Source: a candidate division FCPU426 bacterium
GTDB taxonomy: Bacteria; Oederibacteriota; Muellerivitia; Muellerivitales; DAHXKG01
Assembly (NCBI GenBank): GCA_027366525.1
Contig: DAHXKG010000003.1
Location: 72,097-136,096, forward strand
Reading direction: 5' to 3'
Length of the DNA: 64,000 bases
Made by a program: the position numbers and the translations under genes
Part shown: in pieces, positions 61,618-64,000 of the stretch
Layout: each line of letters opens with the position of its first letter
Numbering within the stretch: the first letter of the stretch is position 1
The notes under the pieces: model-generated
Database searches by the model: none
What the model was told of the DNA's origin: nothing
What the model saw: only the letters and a program-made list of their open reading frames with translations

Positions 61618-62541
61618 TTATTGAACAAACAAATTTGTTTGTTGACGTAAAAGCCAACGAGCACGCTTTTGCATAATTAAATTCATGAGGCGCCATTTGG
61701 GTTTTTTATTGACGTTAATTTGAAGGGCATGTTTTAACATGGATTTGAATTCCTTCAAGTTTTGTTCTTGAACATCAACACTTTCAGCAAAATTGACATA
61801 AGGCGAGGCGCTTAACCCATGGGTCAATTTAATAGCTTCTTTTAAATATTTTCTGGCTTTTTGAGGCGAACCTCCCAAGGCTTGGGGTAAACTGCCAACT
61901 TCGGTAATTAAAAAAGATTGAATAGTACCATCATCAAAATTTGGATTTAAGGTAAAAGCCCTTTGCACGAGCATTTTCGCTAAAGGAATATCTGCAAGCA
62001 ATCGAGGATCATTTTGGCCCAGAGAAATCGCTCCCATCCAAGCGACACCGGTCCAATATAAAAGTGCAACATCGTGAGGACGCATAGCTTTTAATGCTTT
62101 GAGAGGATTTTTTTTGAATTCTTTGATAAAGGAAGGATGCGAGACGTTTAATCCACGAAATCCATAGTTTCGAGCGCGCAAATAAAGATTTTTTGCTTCG
62201 TGTCGAAGCGCCAAGGATTTGTGGTAATTCCGATTCATCAGAAAATCAGATTTTTGTTCGACAAATCCATAAGCATATTCTGTGAACGCCTTACAAAGTG
62301 TTGTAAGCAAACCATGATTTTTAGGCACACTTTGCAGGACGCTTTCCATTAATTTTAGGCTGAAAGGTAGTGCTTTAGCAATTAAACGCGGATCATTGTC
62401 GGTGGCAAAAGTGCTGGTACCGTGGGAAAGCGAATTGGCTAATCCCGACATTACGAGACTATTCAACGAACAGCCAAATTGAAAAAGAATTGTAAGGCTT
62501 AATCCCATCAGTATAAATTTAAATAATCGTAGTCGCTTCAT
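61618..62541 (-). CDS. TRAP transporter T component (TatT, TPR lipoprotein)
   Basis: FGC lipobox, DNDP.L...ALPFSLK, YAYGF, terminal ARWLL; upstream of dctP. Confidence 0.88.
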   Translation of the reverse strand: MKRLRLFKFILMGLSLTILFQFGCSLNSLVMSGLANSLSHGTSTFATDNDPRLIAKALPFSLKLMESVLQSVPKNHGLLTTLCKAFTEYAYGFVEQKSDFLMNRNYHKSLALRHEAKNLYLRARNYGFRGLNVSHPSFIKEFKKNPLKALKAMRPHDVALLYWTGVAWMGAISLGQNDPRLLADIPLAKMLVQRAFTLNPNFDDGTIQSFLITEVGSLPQALGGSPQKARKYLKEAIKLTHGLSASPYVNFAESVDVQEQNLKEFKSMLKHALQINVNKKPKWRLMNLIMQKRARWLLRQQTNLFVQ

Positions 62542-62663
62542 TGTGATTGTCTACCCAAGTAGAATTTAAGTAATGATTGTACACTGAGATGGTCAAAAAA
62601 TACATTAAATTTAGAAATGAAAATCTTAGGATACAAATTGTTACACAATTTTTAAGTGTCATC

Positions 62664-62708
62664 TTGATTTTTGTGTTATGAACTTTATAATTATACACTA
62701 GTCTAATT
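62664..62708 (+). promoter_or_regulatory. Putative promoter with overlapping palindromic operator upstream of tolC
   Basis: TTGATT-N16-TATAAT; AATTATAC-acta-GTCTAATT at 62689-62708 (one mismatch). Confidence 0.5.
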
Positions 62709-62722
62709 TCAAAAGGGAATTC

Positions 62723-64000
62723 ATGAAAAAAAACGATTTTAAATTATTCCATTTCATGGGATGGATGGGTGTCGTTTTTTTTCTTGCCGGATGTGGCATA
62801 CCGGTTGTTCAAATTGACAATAATGTTGTGGAATCTCCTTTGCGCAATGCTACGGGGATTACGACTCAACAAGTCATGAAGGCGGCGCATTCAAAACAAC
62901 TTTCCTTGTGGGATGTTTATGCACTAGCAGTCAAGCGTACCGAATCATTGGCCATTCAATCCGAAAATATTCAACAAGCCTATGCCCAACGGGGCGAGGC
63001 TATCGGCGATATCTTGCCGCATATTGAATTGAATGGAACGGAAGGCGGCAATTCTAAATCATATACCTCTAATGCATTTACCGGTAATTCTGCGCTTGGG
63101 GCACTACCCTATAACACGCTGTATTTTTCTGGAGCCGAGACTATTTTAAGTGGCCTTAATCAGATTGCAGCCTTGGAGGGAGCCAGCGATCAAATTACCG
63201 AACAAACTCAAACAATGAAAAATGATGCAGCTCAATTGCTATTAAATATTGCCAATGCCTTTTATTCGATTTTGGAATTGAGAAGCTCTCAAAAATCAGA
63301 AGAAGATATTCTCCAATTAACTCAAAAAATACTTCGTACGCAAAAAGCGTGGGCCAAAATTGGACGATCCCAACAGAGTGATGTTTATAGTACGGAAGCA
63401 CAACTTGACCAAACCTTGGCTCAAATGGAATCAATTAAAGATCAGCTTGTTCAAGCTTGGGGAACCCTTTCGGCATTAGCGGGCATTCAGCCGGATCAAC
63501 CCTTGATTAGAACCGAACATGAAAAACGGCCACCCTTAAAGAGCTTATCTCAATTAGAAGCGATGGCTAACCATCGACCCGATGTTCAAGCCGCCGAAGC
63601 GGCCAATCAATTGGCATCGGCACAAGTGCTCCAAGCGGAAGGGCAATTTTTGCCCTCGCTAAGCGTAGTCGGCGATTATTATCTTGAAAAAACAGGCAGT
63701 TTTCCTTCCCCCACATGGGATATTGAATTACAGGCATCCATTCCCATTTTTACTGGGGGTGTTTTAGTAGATCAAGCCAAAATTGCCGAATCACAGAAAC
63801 GACAAGCAGAACTTAATTTGCATTCGGTGAAACGCTTAGCCATGAATCAAATTCGCGAGGCGTATCAAAGCTTGCTCCAAAGTATTCGTGAAAAAAATGC
63901 CTATGCTAAAGCTTTAACGGCTAGTCGAAAAGATTATCAAGCTGTTTTAAGAGATTTTCATTTAAATTTAATGACCACTGTTGATTTGATGCAAACATTG
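62723..64000 (+). CDS. TolC-family outer-membrane efflux protein, truncated by the window end
   Basis: Absent from the ORF track because it has no stop. ATG 62723, LAGC lipobox, then LSLWDVYALA, RPDVQAA, FLPSLS and IPIFTGG motifs; frame read by eye only. Confidence 0.85.
   Translation, partial: MKKNDFKLFHFMGWMGVVFFLAGCGIPVVQIDNNVVESPLRNATGITTQQVMKAAHSKQLSLWDVYALAVKRTESLAIQSENIQQAYAQRGEAIGDILPHIELNGTEGGNSKSYTSNAFTGNSALGALPYNTLYFSGAETILSGLNQIAALEGASDQITEQTQTMKNDAAQLLLNIANAFYSILELRSSQKSEEDILQLTQKILRTQKAWAKIGRSQQSDVYSTEAQLDQTLAQMESIKDQLVQAWGTLSALAGIQPDQPLIRTEHEKRPPLKSLSQLEAMANHRPDVQAAEAANQLASAQVLQAEGQFLPSLSVVGDYYLEKTGSFPSPTWDIELQASIPIFTGGVLVDQAKIAESQKRQAELNLHSVKRLAMNQIREAYQSLLQSIREKNAYAKALTASRKDYQAVLRDFHLNLMTTVDLMQTL

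Noticed and set aside
63195..63434. 79-aa minus-strand ORF
   Set aside because: Antisense to the TolC-family frame.
1..64000. CRISPR array, prophage, IS elements, rRNA
   Set aside because: No regularly spaced repeats, transposase, integrase, phage structural genes or rRNA-like sequence recognised by eye.

Overview
Low-GC chromosomal window from a diderm bacterium (TolC, beta-barrel OMP, lipoproteins), probably at or near the replication origin. mnmG-rsmG are bracketed by two parS sites, and DnaA-box-like 9-mers cluster inside the 3' end of rsmG. Housekeeping content: NuoF-like flavoprotein, Mtd1-type FolD plus FchA, oligopeptidase F, ispH, addBA, hpnCDE, glycogen debranching enzyme, tRNA-Val(CAC), queD, nadE, a glycine-cleavage/lipoate operon with fused GcvPA-PB, arsM, nrtR, gnd, a TPAT transporter and a truncated TolC. 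Most notable: (1) an integrase-free coupling protein plus Replic_Relax/MOBC-like nuclease pair directly beside the parS/oriC region, with each parS abutting a related palindrome; (2) a PhcBSR-like fatty-acid-methyl-ester quorum-sensing operon with an orphan PhcR paralog; (3) a small transcription unit for a 14-aa Lys-rich peptide; (4) a structured RNA candidate upstream of nadE; (5) a YeeE/YedE pair lacking the conserved Cys. All family calls are from motif recognition by eye; no database search was run.
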